The notes beneath the pieces are model-generated. The model had not been told where the DNA came from. It was given only the letters and a program-made list of their open reading frames with translations, and searched no databases. Made by a program: the position numbers and the translations under genes. Of a stretch of DNA of 64,000 bases, positions 28,276 to 36,770 are shown piece by piece (within the stretch, counting starts at the first letter, position 1; every line of letters begins with the position of its first letter). This DNA comes from Spirochaetes bacterium ADurb.Bin133 (GTDB lineage Bacteria; Spirochaetota; GWE2-31-10; MWDO01): contig MWDO01000004.1 of the NCBI GenBank assembly GCA_002070605.1, forward strand, positions 8,184 to 72,183. Reading direction: 5' to 3'.

Positions 28276-28533
28276 TTAGATATCATTATATACATTTCTT
28301 CGATGACCAATTTTATAAATACATACAATTTGATTAATTTCATCGACGGTATAAATAACTCTGTAATCTCCAATTCTTATTCTATAACCGTCGGCATTAA
28401 CTAATTTTGTAGAAGTAGCCGGAATCGGATTCTCGGATAAATTTCCAATCTTCTCAATTATCTTCTTCAATTGATCTTTAGGAATGGTTCTGGTTTCTTT
28501 ATCAATTTTATTGTCAAATATTACCTCATACAT
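28276..28533 (-). CDS. Type II toxin, RelE/ParE family
   Basis: C-terminal hallmark GYRIRIGDYRVIYTVDEINQIVCIYKIGHRRNVY. 85 aa. Confidence 0.8.
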   Translation of the reverse strand: MYEVIFDNKIDKETRTIPKDQLKKIIEKIGNLSENPIPATSTKLVNADGYRIRIGDYRVIYTVDEINQIVCIYKIGHRRNVYNDI

Positions 28534-28725
28534 TTAAATTCGATTTTCTTGTTTTAATTTTTTTACAAAATCATTGTACTTTATAAATCCTGAAGCGTCG
28601 CGCTCTGCTTTTAATAATTCAAGAGAATCTTCTAAGTCTTCAAAATAATCATAATCCAATATAACCCCTTTTCTGTTACCGGATTTATCAGTTATATAAG
28701 TCGGATTTTCTATTGTTTCTATCAT
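28534..28725 (-). CDS. Putative cognate antitoxin, upstream of the toxin and immediately abutting it (no gap)
   Basis: A 63-aa acidic protein. Its stop abuts the toxin start. Confidence 0.55.
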   Translation of the reverse strand: MIETIENPTYITDKSGNRKGVILDYDYFEDLEDSLELLKAERDASGFIKYNDFVKKLKQENRI

Positions 28726-29054
28726 TTATTTTTCCTATATTTATTTTTACTTTATTAAAATTTACCCAAAATTTATGAAATTGTCAAAGGAAATGTTTTT
28801 TAGAATAAGCCCTTATCAAGTTTTACTTCCGCCCTAATGATTAACTTCTTTTGTTTTTATCTCTCGCAACGGTCTCAACTTCAACAACTGCATTTTGCCG
28901 TCTTTCGCCGTCTCGGTTTTAACTTTAACAAATATATTCTACAGCTATTCTAAGTATAAAATTAAAATAAAAAATTATATTTTTCAATAATTTTTGACTT
29001 ATAACTAAAATTATAATATGATATTTAATATTCTATCAATCAAGGAAAAGTTAT

Positions 29055-29984
29055 ATGGCTCTAAATTATAAAAACCCCGCTATAATATGCAATCCAAACG
29101 CCATGGGCGGTAAAGTTAAGCTCCTGTTCGACAACTATTACTATAAGCTTAAAGAATCAAATTTATTCAACGATATAGCCGTATTCGTATCGGAAAGTAA
29201 GGAGGGGGCTATTAAAGCCGTCGATACTATTTGCGCTAGTAAGGAGCGGGATCTTATTATTACCGTAGGAGGCGACGGCACGATTTCTACCGTAGTCAAC
29301 GCTCTTATGAAGTTAGATAAGAGTAAGCGGCTCCCCATATTTCCCCTGCCGTCCGGTTCGGGCAATTCGCTTTTAAGAGATTTTAACGTTTTAACGTTAG
29401 AGGACGCTATAAATAATTATAAAAAAGCCGAAGCTCCGGAAAAATTTGATCTCCTTTTTGTGGAGGAGATTGAAGGAAATTTCAAGTATTACTGTATAAA
29501 CGTTCTTGGTATGGGTTTTATATCGGACGTCGTAGTAACCGTTTTAAAATTTAATAAGAGGTTCGGCGCGTTATCGTATTTTATCGGCATCTTCTCGTCG
29601 CTGGGCAAATTCAAGCCTTACGATACAAAGATCGTCTACGACGGCGGAACTAACGAGTACAAATCAAGTAAAGTTTTTTTTCTTACCGTTTCAAACACAA
29701 AACGGTCGGGAGGCAAGATTCTTGTAGCTCCCGAAGCCCATCATAACGACGGCTTTATGGATGTCGTAGCTCTTCACGATATAGGAAGATTTAGATTTCT
29801 TAAAGGATTTTTGAAAGCTTTTAGAGGCAAGCGGATAAAAGATAAAGGGCGTAAATATATCAGAACCGATTCGCTCGAAATATATGCGTCCCCAAAATTT
29901 TATCTTATGCCCGACGGCGAATTGGAGGGAACTTCGCCGGTTAGAGTTTCTGTAATAAGGAACGAAGTGGAACTAATTGTTTAA
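29055..29984 (+). CDS. Lipid kinase of the diacylglycerol-kinase catalytic-domain family (YegS/BmrU-like)
   Basis: DAGK_cat signature ITVGGDGTISTVVNAL, with PSGSGN downstream. Confidence 0.7.
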   Translation: MALNYKNPAIICNPNAMGGKVKLLFDNYYYKLKESNLFNDIAVFVSESKEGAIKAVDTICASKERDLIITVGGDGTISTVVNALMKLDKSKRLPIFPLPSGSGNSLLRDFNVLTLEDAINNYKKAEAPEKFDLLFVEEIEGNFKYYCINVLGMGFISDVVVTVLKFNKRFGALSYFIGIFSSLGKFKPYDTKIVYDGGTNEYKSSKVFFLTVSNTKRSGGKILVAPEAHHNDGFMDVVALHDIGRFRFLKGFLKAFRGKRIKDKGRKYIRTDSLEIYASPKFYLMPDGELEGTSPVRVSVIRNEVELIV

Positions 29985-29985
29985 T

Positions 29986-30705
29986 ATGAAAAAAATATTG
30001 TTAGCGCCGTTATCGATAATTCTCTGGATAAATTTCTGGACGTTATCGACGCTATCTATATCTTTACTAATATTTTTAGCCTTATTTATCCCTAAAAAAT
30101 ATTATAATCCATTGGTAAGGCTTGTCTGCCGTATTTTATCCTATTCTGTTCTAATATTTCCCGTTTTAAAAACAGACGTTTCAAAAGATTTTCCATTTCC
30201 GGTAATATATGTCGCTAATCACGTTAGTTTTTTCGATTTATTTATTTCCGGGACGGCGCTCCCCGGATACCCCAGAGGACTCGAACTAAAAGAGCATTTC
30301 AGCAAGCCCATATACGGCTGGTTTATAACAAAATTCGGGCAAATACCTATCGACAACAAAAATCCCGCTAAAACAAGGACGTCGCTAAACGAAGCGTCGA
30401 ACATTTTACTAAGAAAAGAGAGAAATCTGTTAGTCATGCCCGAAGGAACAAGGACTAAAACCGGACGTCTCGGTAAATTTAAATTCGGCGCCTTTTTTAT
30501 CTCCAAAAAAACCGGCGTTCCGATTATACCGGTAATATACAAAAATTTGTATGAATTAAACAATCGCAATAGTTTGATAATAAAGCCCGGTATTTTAAAG
30601 GTATATCTTTTAGAGCCCGTCTATCCAGAAAAGTTTGACAGCGAAGACGAAATGGCCGAATATGTCAGAACGATTATGCAAAATAAATTGGATGAAAAAA
30701 TATGA
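29986..30705 (+). CDS. 1-acyl-sn-glycerol-3-phosphate acyltransferase family protein (PlsC-like)
   Basis: Motif I (VANHVSFFD) and motif III (MPEGTRT). Its start overlaps or abuts the lipid kinase stop. Confidence 0.75.
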   Translation: MKKILLAPLSIILWINFWTLSTLSISLLIFLALFIPKKYYNPLVRLVCRILSYSVLIFPVLKTDVSKDFPFPVIYVANHVSFFDLFISGTALPGYPRGLELKEHFSKPIYGWFITKFGQIPIDNKNPAKTRTSLNEASNILLRKERNLLVMPEGTRTKTGRLGKFKFGAFFISKKTGVPIIPVIYKNLYELNNRNSLIIKPGILKVYLLEPVYPEKFDSEDEMAEYVRTIMQNKLDEKI

Positions 30706-30968
30706 GATTGGATAAATTTTTAAAAATATCGCTGATTTTTAAAACAAGGAGTTCTTCAGATAAATATTTTGATGAAAATAAGATATTTATCAATGAAAAA
30801 GTCGCTAAACCTTCCGCTACTGTAAAAATAGGAGATGTTTTAAAGATTTTTTTTCCCGAATCTACTAAAACTTACAAGATTATAGATATTCAAGAGAAAA
30901 ATGTTTCTAAAAAAGAGGCGAAAAAATTATACGAACAGATAGGGGAAGAGAAAATTGAGATCTTTTGA
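30702..30968 (+). CDS. S4-domain RNA-binding protein (Hsp15/YabO-like)
   Basis: MRLDKFLKIS ... VKIGDVLKI is the S4 fold motif. Confidence 0.7.
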   Translation: MRLDKFLKISLIFKTRSSSDKYFDENKIFINEKVAKPSATVKIGDVLKIFFPESTKTYKIIDIQEKNVSKKEAKKLYEQIGEEKIEIF

Positions 30969-33036
30969 TAAAAAAATAGAATTAGCGGCTCCGGCGGGTT
31001 CGCCTGAGGCTCTCAACGCCGCGATAGGCGAAGGCGCGGACGCGGTATATCTCGGTCTTAAAGATTTTAACGCGAGAATTAGAGCTAAAAACTTCTCTTA
31101 TAAAGAGCTTGAATCTATTACCGATAGACTTCATCGGTTAGATAAAAAGGTCTACGTAACGGTTAATACCGTAATCGAGGAGTGGGAGTTAGACAGAGTT
31201 TACAATCTTTTAAAATTTCTCTCGCAAATAAACGTCGACGCCGTAATTGTTCAAGATATCGGACTTATTAAAATAATAGGGGATTTTGTTCCAAATCTAA
31301 AAATTCACGCGTCGACTCAGATGAATATTTCATCGGCTAGAGCGGTAAATGCGCTATCAAAATACAACGTTAAAAGAGTCGTTTTATCGAGAGAACTAAC
31401 TCTTTCTGAAATAAAAAATATTACGGCAAATACAAGTTCGGAAATAGAAATATTTTGCCACGGAGCTATATGTATATCGGCGTCGGGATTGTGCCTTTTT
31501 TCCAGTTATTTTGGCGGCAGGTCGGCTAACAAGGGGCAGTGTACTCAGGCGTGCAGACGAATATATAAAGACGCAAATGGGGTCGGAAAATTTTATTTCT
31601 CGCCAAAAGATCTCAGTTTAATCCGTAATATTCCGGACATTATTGAAAGCGGAGTCTCGAGTCTAAAAATCGAGGGGAGAATGAAGTCCGAGGGATACGT
31701 AGCTGTCGTAGTAAAAGCGTATAGATATATGATAGATAACTACCAAAATAACGATTTTGAAGAGGTCGCTAGGCGAGCCGAAAGTATCTTACTCGACGAT
31801 CTGGCGAGAAAAAAGACGACGCTGTTTTTCCTTGATAAAAACAACAGAGATTTTATCGACAACGCGTCGTCCGGCGAAACCGGCTCGAAAATAGGTCAAG
31901 TCGACGACGTGGAAAAAAATGGAAATACCAATATAATCTATTTTCAATCAAAATCCTCTCTGGAAGACGGAGATAAAATTAAGATTCGAAGCGCTAAAAA
32001 CGATTTTACCAAAATATTAAAATTATTAACGTCCAAAAAAGAAAACGATCTATATAAAGTCGAGACGGAAGACTCCTTTGAAAAAGGGGATGAAATATTT
32101 TTATACAAAAAACGCTCTCTTATGGGGAGCTATAAATCTATTATTCCAAATAACCTTGCGCCGTATAGAGCGCATCCGGGGATTCAAAAAATTCCGGCGG
32201 CGCAATCGGCAAAGATAAACAATAAAAGTAGATTGAAAGAGGGCGTTTATATAAAAATCAATAAATTCAGCCAACTCTTTTTATTACAGAGTTATAAACC
32301 TGAAAAAATTATATTTGAATTGTCGTATAAGAATTTACGCGAATTTAAAGATAATATCAACAAAATTCCTTTTAATAAAGAAAACATAATTTTGTCTCTT
32401 CCGCCCTTTCATAGAGAAGACGAGGATTTGTCTATAATTGAAGAGACGAATTTTATAATTGGTAAAGGATTTATATATTTTATTATAAATAATGTAGCTC
32501 AATTAAATTTTTTTAAAAACAATCCGGATATTACTGTTATTTGCGGCTCAAATTTGTATGCGTTTAACAGTTATTCTATAAATTTTTTATTTGCAAACGG
32601 GATCGATTACATAATTCCTCCGCTTGAGACGAGCAAAAAAAATTTTTTAGAATCTACTCAAACTTTTAACGCAAGAAACTTTATTATTACTATCTTTTCG
32701 TTCCCAAAACTGTTTAATATTAATTATCCGTTTTCAAATTATCCCGATTACTTGACGGATAACAGAGATAACGGTTTTTTCCTTATAAAAAATTCCAAAA
32801 CTATGGAAGTAATACCCGAAAAACCTTTTTCTATTATGGATAAAGTTCCGTTCTTATCTAAAAAAGGATTTAACAGGTTTTTAATAGATTTGAGCGACGT
32901 CAATCTTTCAAAAAATTTATATAAAAACTTGGTTAAAATTCTCCAACGATCGGGCAACGTCGACAAATTCGAGCGCTTTAACTGGAAAGACGGTTTTTTC
33001 AGAAGTAAAGAGGTTTACCGGAAAAAAGAGGAGTGA
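30955..33036 (+). CDS. Peptidase U32 family protein (collagenase-like), long form with C-terminal extension
   Basis: N-terminus ELAAPAGSPEALNAAIGEGADAVYLGLKDFNARIRAKNF is the canonical U32 start. Carries a Cys-rich motif CHGAICISASGLC. Confidence 0.85.
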   Translation: MRSFDKKIELAAPAGSPEALNAAIGEGADAVYLGLKDFNARIRAKNFSYKELESITDRLHRLDKKVYVTVNTVIEEWELDRVYNLLKFLSQINVDAVIVQDIGLIKIIGDFVPNLKIHASTQMNISSARAVNALSKYNVKRVVLSRELTLSEIKNITANTSSEIEIFCHGAICISASGLCLFSSYFGGRSANKGQCTQACRRIYKDANGVGKFYFSPKDLSLIRNIPDIIESGVSSLKIEGRMKSEGYVAVVVKAYRYMIDNYQNNDFEEVARRAESILLDDLARKKTTLFFLDKNNRDFIDNASSGETGSKIGQVDDVEKNGNTNIIYFQSKSSLEDGDKIKIRSAKNDFTKILKLLTSKKENDLYKVETEDSFEKGDEIFLYKKRSLMGSYKSIIPNNLAPYRAHPGIQKIPAAQSAKINNKSRLKEGVYIKINKFSQLFLLQSYKPEKIIFELSYKNLREFKDNINKIPFNKENIILSLPPFHREDEDLSIIEETNFIIGKGFIYFIINNVAQLNFFKNNPDITVICGSNLYAFNSYSINFLFANGIDYIIPPLETSKKNFLESTQTFNARNFIITIFSFPKLFNINYPFSNYPDYLTDNRDNGFFLIKNSKTMEVIPEKPFSIMDKVPFLSKKGFNRFLIDLSDVNLSKNLYKNLVKILQRSGNVDKFERFNWKDGFFRSKEVYRKKEE

Positions 33037-33324
33037 TTACCAATAAAACTTTATTCCCTCTTTTAACATTTTTTCATAGAATATTTCTGCTCTTTTAAGA
33101 TACTCTTCCTTTGTAAAGCTATCGATTTCGCCCAGATCCCGGAGATTTGGATCGCATTTTCTGCAGTGAATAAGATCGGAGTTTTTAAGAATATCTTCGT
33201 TATCTCCGCTTTTTTCATAAACCGGACACTTTTCAGGGAGATGGTATCCCTCTTTGATTCTCTCTTCGATCCAAAGATCGCGTAATATCGAAGCAAGAAT
33301 ACTAATAATTTTTTCTTCATCCAT
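33037..33324 (-). CDS. Small hypothetical protein (Cys/His-containing)
   Basis: A 95-codon ORF, preferred over the overlapping frame at 33063..33356 because its composition is more protein-like. Confidence 0.3.
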   Translation of the reverse strand: MDEEKIISILASILRDLWIEERIKEGYHLPEKCPVYEKSGDNEDILKNSDLIHCRKCDPNLRDLGEIDSFTKEEYLKRAEIFYEKMLKEGIKFYW

Positions 33325-33367
33325 ATCGTTTCCTTAACGAAAAAAATTAAACTCAAAAAATTACCGT

Positions 33368-34447
33368 TTATTTTAAAGCTTTCAGCAACTTTTCCGCTTC
33401 CTCCGGAGTAATCTTCCCCTCTTTTAGCAGAGATATTATCTCCATTTTTTCATTAGCCGCGTTAGTTTTATTATCCGTTTTATCTTTATTGTCTGTTTTA
33501 TCCTTATTACTATCGTCGCCTTTTTTATCCGTAATATTGCTAAACAATTTTTCTAAAAAACTTTTCCCCGATTTGATCGCTTGTTCTCCTATGCCTTCCA
33601 ATTTTAGCGCAAGTTTTTTTAGATCTTTGCTCAGTTGTTCGTCCAATTCTTGAAATATTTTGTCAAAATCCGGCGATATTCGATCGACGTCTTCCTTGTA
33701 AGCGACTAAAACTTTGTTCGTTGCGCTAAAAGCCGTAATGTTTTTAGAGCCGTCCCCGTTTTTAATTTGAGAAGGGCTTCCAAGCGATTCTCCGGTAATC
33801 TTTGTAAGATAACTTACTACGTCCTGTCCTCTTGCGATAATTGAGCAACCTGCGTTTTTATTTAGCCCAAGGACTAATTTGCCGTATTTAGATTTAACGT
33901 CTAGAGAATTGTTAATCGACTCTATATTGATCAAAATTTGCCCGTTTTCGCTTTCAACGTTTCCTCCGGATTTCTCAAACGAACCGATCTTAATAGCCCC
34001 GTTTGCCGTTTTTACGGAGGCGGTTCCTATAACTTTATCGATTTTTATATCTCCGTCTAAAACCGATACGTTAAGTCCGACCGGAGCTTTCTCTATATAA
34101 GCGTTCCCTTTGGTAAGAGTAATATCCAAATACGCTTCGCAATTATTAACGGCAATGTTGCCGGCGTCTAAAACTATCGAAATTTTTTTTATCTCTTTTG
34201 GGATAGTCAGCGAAACGTCGGTAGTCGCCAGATCGGAATTCTTTAATATAATTTTATTTACTTCGTCGACCGTTAACTCCGCCTCCGGCTCAATATTTCC
34301 AAACTTTTCGCTGTTATACTCGATCTTGGACCTCTCCCCAACATTTAAAAAAATATTGCCCTTTATACCTTTAAAAACAACGTCCTTTGAAACGTCCAAA
34401 TTCAAATCCATCGACTTTGCGCTCATCTTATCCTCCGATTTTTCCAT
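33368..34447 (-). CDS. DUF4097-like putative adhesin-repeat protein with a C-terminal SHOCT-like tail
   Basis: Repetitive G/N/V-rich beta-strand repeats. C-terminus LLKEGKITPEEAEKLLKALK resembles a SHOCT motif. Confidence 0.45.
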   Translation of the reverse strand: MEKSEDKMSAKSMDLNLDVSKDVVFKGIKGNIFLNVGERSKIEYNSEKFGNIEPEAELTVDEVNKIILKNSDLATTDVSLTIPKEIKKISIVLDAGNIAVNNCEAYLDITLTKGNAYIEKAPVGLNVSVLDGDIKIDKVIGTASVKTANGAIKIGSFEKSGGNVESENGQILINIESINNSLDVKSKYGKLVLGLNKNAGCSIIARGQDVVSYLTKITGESLGSPSQIKNGDGSKNITAFSATNKVLVAYKEDVDRISPDFDKIFQELDEQLSKDLKKLALKLEGIGEQAIKSGKSFLEKLFSNITDKKGDDSNKDKTDNKDKTDNKTNAANEKMEIISLLKEGKITPEEAEKLLKALK

Positions 34448-34469
34448 TAATTGAAAAAATTACCTATAA

Positions 34470-34579
34470 CGGCGCCCGTCGGTTTTTTGGGAGAGGGGAA
34501 TTGACACATATGACGTTAAAGATAAAATTGACACATATGGAGCAAATATTGTTATCCCCCAAAAACCGACGGGGCGCCC
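34470..34579. mobile_element. Prototype ~110-bp MITE-like element with perfect terminal inverted repeats and two TTGACACATATG units
   Basis: CGGCGCCCGTCGGTTTTTTGGG ... CCCCCAAAAACCGACGGGGCGCC. The ends are reverse complements over about 20 bp. Confidence 0.7.
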
Positions 34580-34712
34580 TATTATATAGATAATACCAAA
34601 ATTTATTATTTTTAAATAGTTATTTTTATAACATTTTGTATAAATAAAATTTGTTGATATATTTATTGTCGTAAAGTAATATTTTATTTATTATAAGCGA
34701 AAGAGGGCGCTT

Positions 34713-35837
34713 GTGAAAGTTTATTTACATTTATTGCCGCTATCGCTTTTTTTTGTAGCAAATTTAATACTCTTTCTATCGGCTATTATTTTGTATATCA
34801 AATCTAAAAACAACTCTACGGTAAATATTTCGGAAAGAAAAAAGACGGAAGAGGCTTTTTTAGATAGCGAAAGAAAACTTAGAAAAATAGTCGAGACTTC
34901 AAACGAAGGAATATGTTTTGTAAACTCAGACGGGAGTTTGATTTTTGTTAATGAAAAACTCGCAGAAATTATTGGGCGCGATGCGCAAGAGATTCTCGGA
35001 AAGTCTTTGTTCGACTTTATGGACAAAGAAAGTATGGAAAAAGCTAAAGAAAAATTTAAAGATCGAAAAAACGACGTTAAAGAGATTTTTGACTCTAAAT
35101 TTATCAAAAAAAACGGAGAAGAAGTTTGGACTATTGTATCCGCAACGCCGTATTTTGACGACAATAAAAAAAATTACGGCTCTATCGCAATTGTGTCAAA
35201 TATTACTCCAATAAAACTTTTTGAACTACAATTAAAAGAAAAAGAGGCTCTCATTAAAGAGATACATCATAGAGTTAAAAATAATCTGGCAATAATATTA
35301 AGCGTTATCGGCATACAATATCGTAAATGCGATAACGAGGAGGTCAAGACGGCGCTGGAGGAGACAAGAGGAAGGATAAAATCGATTTCTTATATTCATG
35401 AAAATTTATGCCGCTCCGACGATTGCGTAAATATAAATATAAAAAAATATCTAAACGATCTGGCAAGTTATCAATATAAAAATTATATTTCGAAAAATAA
35501 AAATATCGCGCTAAAAACAGATATTGACGACGAAAAAATAAATATCGAACGGAGTATTCCTATAGGATTAATAATTAATGAGCTTCTCACAAATTCTTTA
35601 AAATACGCCTTTCCCTCCGCGCCAAACGGAGAAATTTTTATCTCTTTCAAAAACCGAAAGGAGGAGTACAATCTTATAGTTAAAGATAACGGCGTCGGGT
35701 ATCGTTACGATTTGGATATTGATAACGTAGAAACGACCGGATTTAAAATAGTCTCTCTCTTAGCTAATCAGCTGAACGGTAAAATTTTTCTTAATACCAA
35801 AAACGGTTTTGAAACGGTAATTACTTTTCCAAAATAG
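34713..35837 (+). CDS. PAS-domain sensor histidine kinase, HisKA_2 type; no adjacent response regulator
   Basis: N-terminal transmembrane segment and a PAS block. H-box IHHRVKNNLAII is typical of HisKA_2. ATPase G-boxes are present. Confidence 0.75.
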   Translation: MKVYLHLLPLSLFFVANLILFLSAIILYIKSKNNSTVNISERKKTEEAFLDSERKLRKIVETSNEGICFVNSDGSLIFVNEKLAEIIGRDAQEILGKSLFDFMDKESMEKAKEKFKDRKNDVKEIFDSKFIKKNGEEVWTIVSATPYFDDNKKNYGSIAIVSNITPIKLFELQLKEKEALIKEIHHRVKNNLAIILSVIGIQYRKCDNEEVKTALEETRGRIKSISYIHENLCRSDDCVNINIKKYLNDLASYQYKNYISKNKNIALKTDIDDEKINIERSIPIGLIINELLTNSLKYAFPSAPNGEIFISFKNRKEEYNLIVKDNGVGYRYDLDIDNVETTGFKIVSLLANQLNGKIFLNTKNGFETVITFPK

Positions 35838-35945
35838 TCCAAAAAATTAAATTTGACTTTATCGTTCAAATATATTATTTTCGATTTGATCCTTGATAGT
35901 ATTTATGCAATAAAGTCAGATTAATAAATTGGAATAATAATATAT

Positions 35946-36767
35946 ATGGCGCAAAATTCTTTAGGGCAAAAAACAACATATGTTTCAAATTACGATCCTT
36001 CCGTATTGTACGCTATTCGCAGGTCTGAGAGTAGAAAAAAAAACGGCGTCGACGAATCCGGTTTTTATGGATACGACAGGTGGAATTGTTACGAATTTAG
36101 TTTTTTAAATAACAACGGCAAACCGATTCAAAAAGTTTTGCGTTTTGCCTACGGTTCCGATTCTCCAAATATTGTGGAATCAAAATCTCTAAAACTTTAT
36201 CTGTACGGATTTTCTGCGACGCGTTTTTTTGACGAAAAAGACGTGATTTTGACAATTAAGACCGATTTGGAAAATATTATACTTTCGCCGATCGAATACG
36301 TCGATTTATACGATCACAACTATTCTTATTCGATTGAAAAAATTAGTAATAAAAATCTTTTAGACAATCTTGAAGTAGAGGTAAACGGTTATAAACCGGA
36401 CAGATCCCTTTTGAAAACGGAGAAAATTGATAGTTTTAAAAAAATTGAACGATTTTCTTTTTTATTTAAGACTAATTGCCCGGTAACAGGTCAACCGGAT
36501 TGGGCTACCGTCCATATAAAATATATATCAAATAATATAATAGAGGATTCGTCGCTATTAAAATATATCGTCTCTTTCCGCAATCATGCCGATTATCACG
36601 AATCCTGTTGCGAAAAAATTTATTCGGACGTCTACGCGATCTCTTCTCCCCGATACCTTCTTGTCGAGTGTTTTTTTACTCGAAGAGGCGGAATAGATAT
36701 AAATCCGATGAGAGTCAATCAACCGATAGAGAGTCTTGAGTTGGAAAAACGTTATTGGAGACAGTAA
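35946..36767 (+). CDS. queF: NADPH-dependent 7-cyano-7-deazaguanine reductase QueF, bimodular type II (YqcD-like)
   Basis: QueF motif ESKSLKLYL and active-site Cys region FKTNCPVTGQPDW. Also LLKYIVSFRNHADYHESCCEKIY and TRRGGIDINP, which align with E. coli QueF from memory. Confidence 0.9.
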   Translation: MAQNSLGQKTTYVSNYDPSVLYAIRRSESRKKNGVDESGFYGYDRWNCYEFSFLNNNGKPIQKVLRFAYGSDSPNIVESKSLKLYLYGFSATRFFDEKDVILTIKTDLENIILSPIEYVDLYDHNYSYSIEKISNKNLLDNLEVEVNGYKPDRSLLKTEKIDSFKKIERFSFLFKTNCPVTGQPDWATVHIKYISNNIIEDSSLLKYIVSFRNHADYHESCCEKIYSDVYAISSPRYLLVECFFTRRGGIDINPMRVNQPIESLELEKRYWRQ

Positions 36768-36770
36768 AAA

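Noticed and set aside
33063-33356. Alternative 97-aa frame overlapping 33037..33324
   Set aside because: Less protein-like, K/F-rich. Only one of the two overlapping frames can be real, and the 95-aa frame was preferred. Confidence is low for both.
34501-34539. The palindrome read as a LexA (Cheo-box-like CGAACATATGTTCG) or other known operator
   Set aside because: The arms are TTGAC/GTCAA, not GAAC/GTTC, and the spacing differs. The motif is embedded in elements with terminal inverted repeats and occurs in tandem arrays. No lexA or SOS genes are adjacent. A regulatory role is kept only as a hypothesis in the findings.
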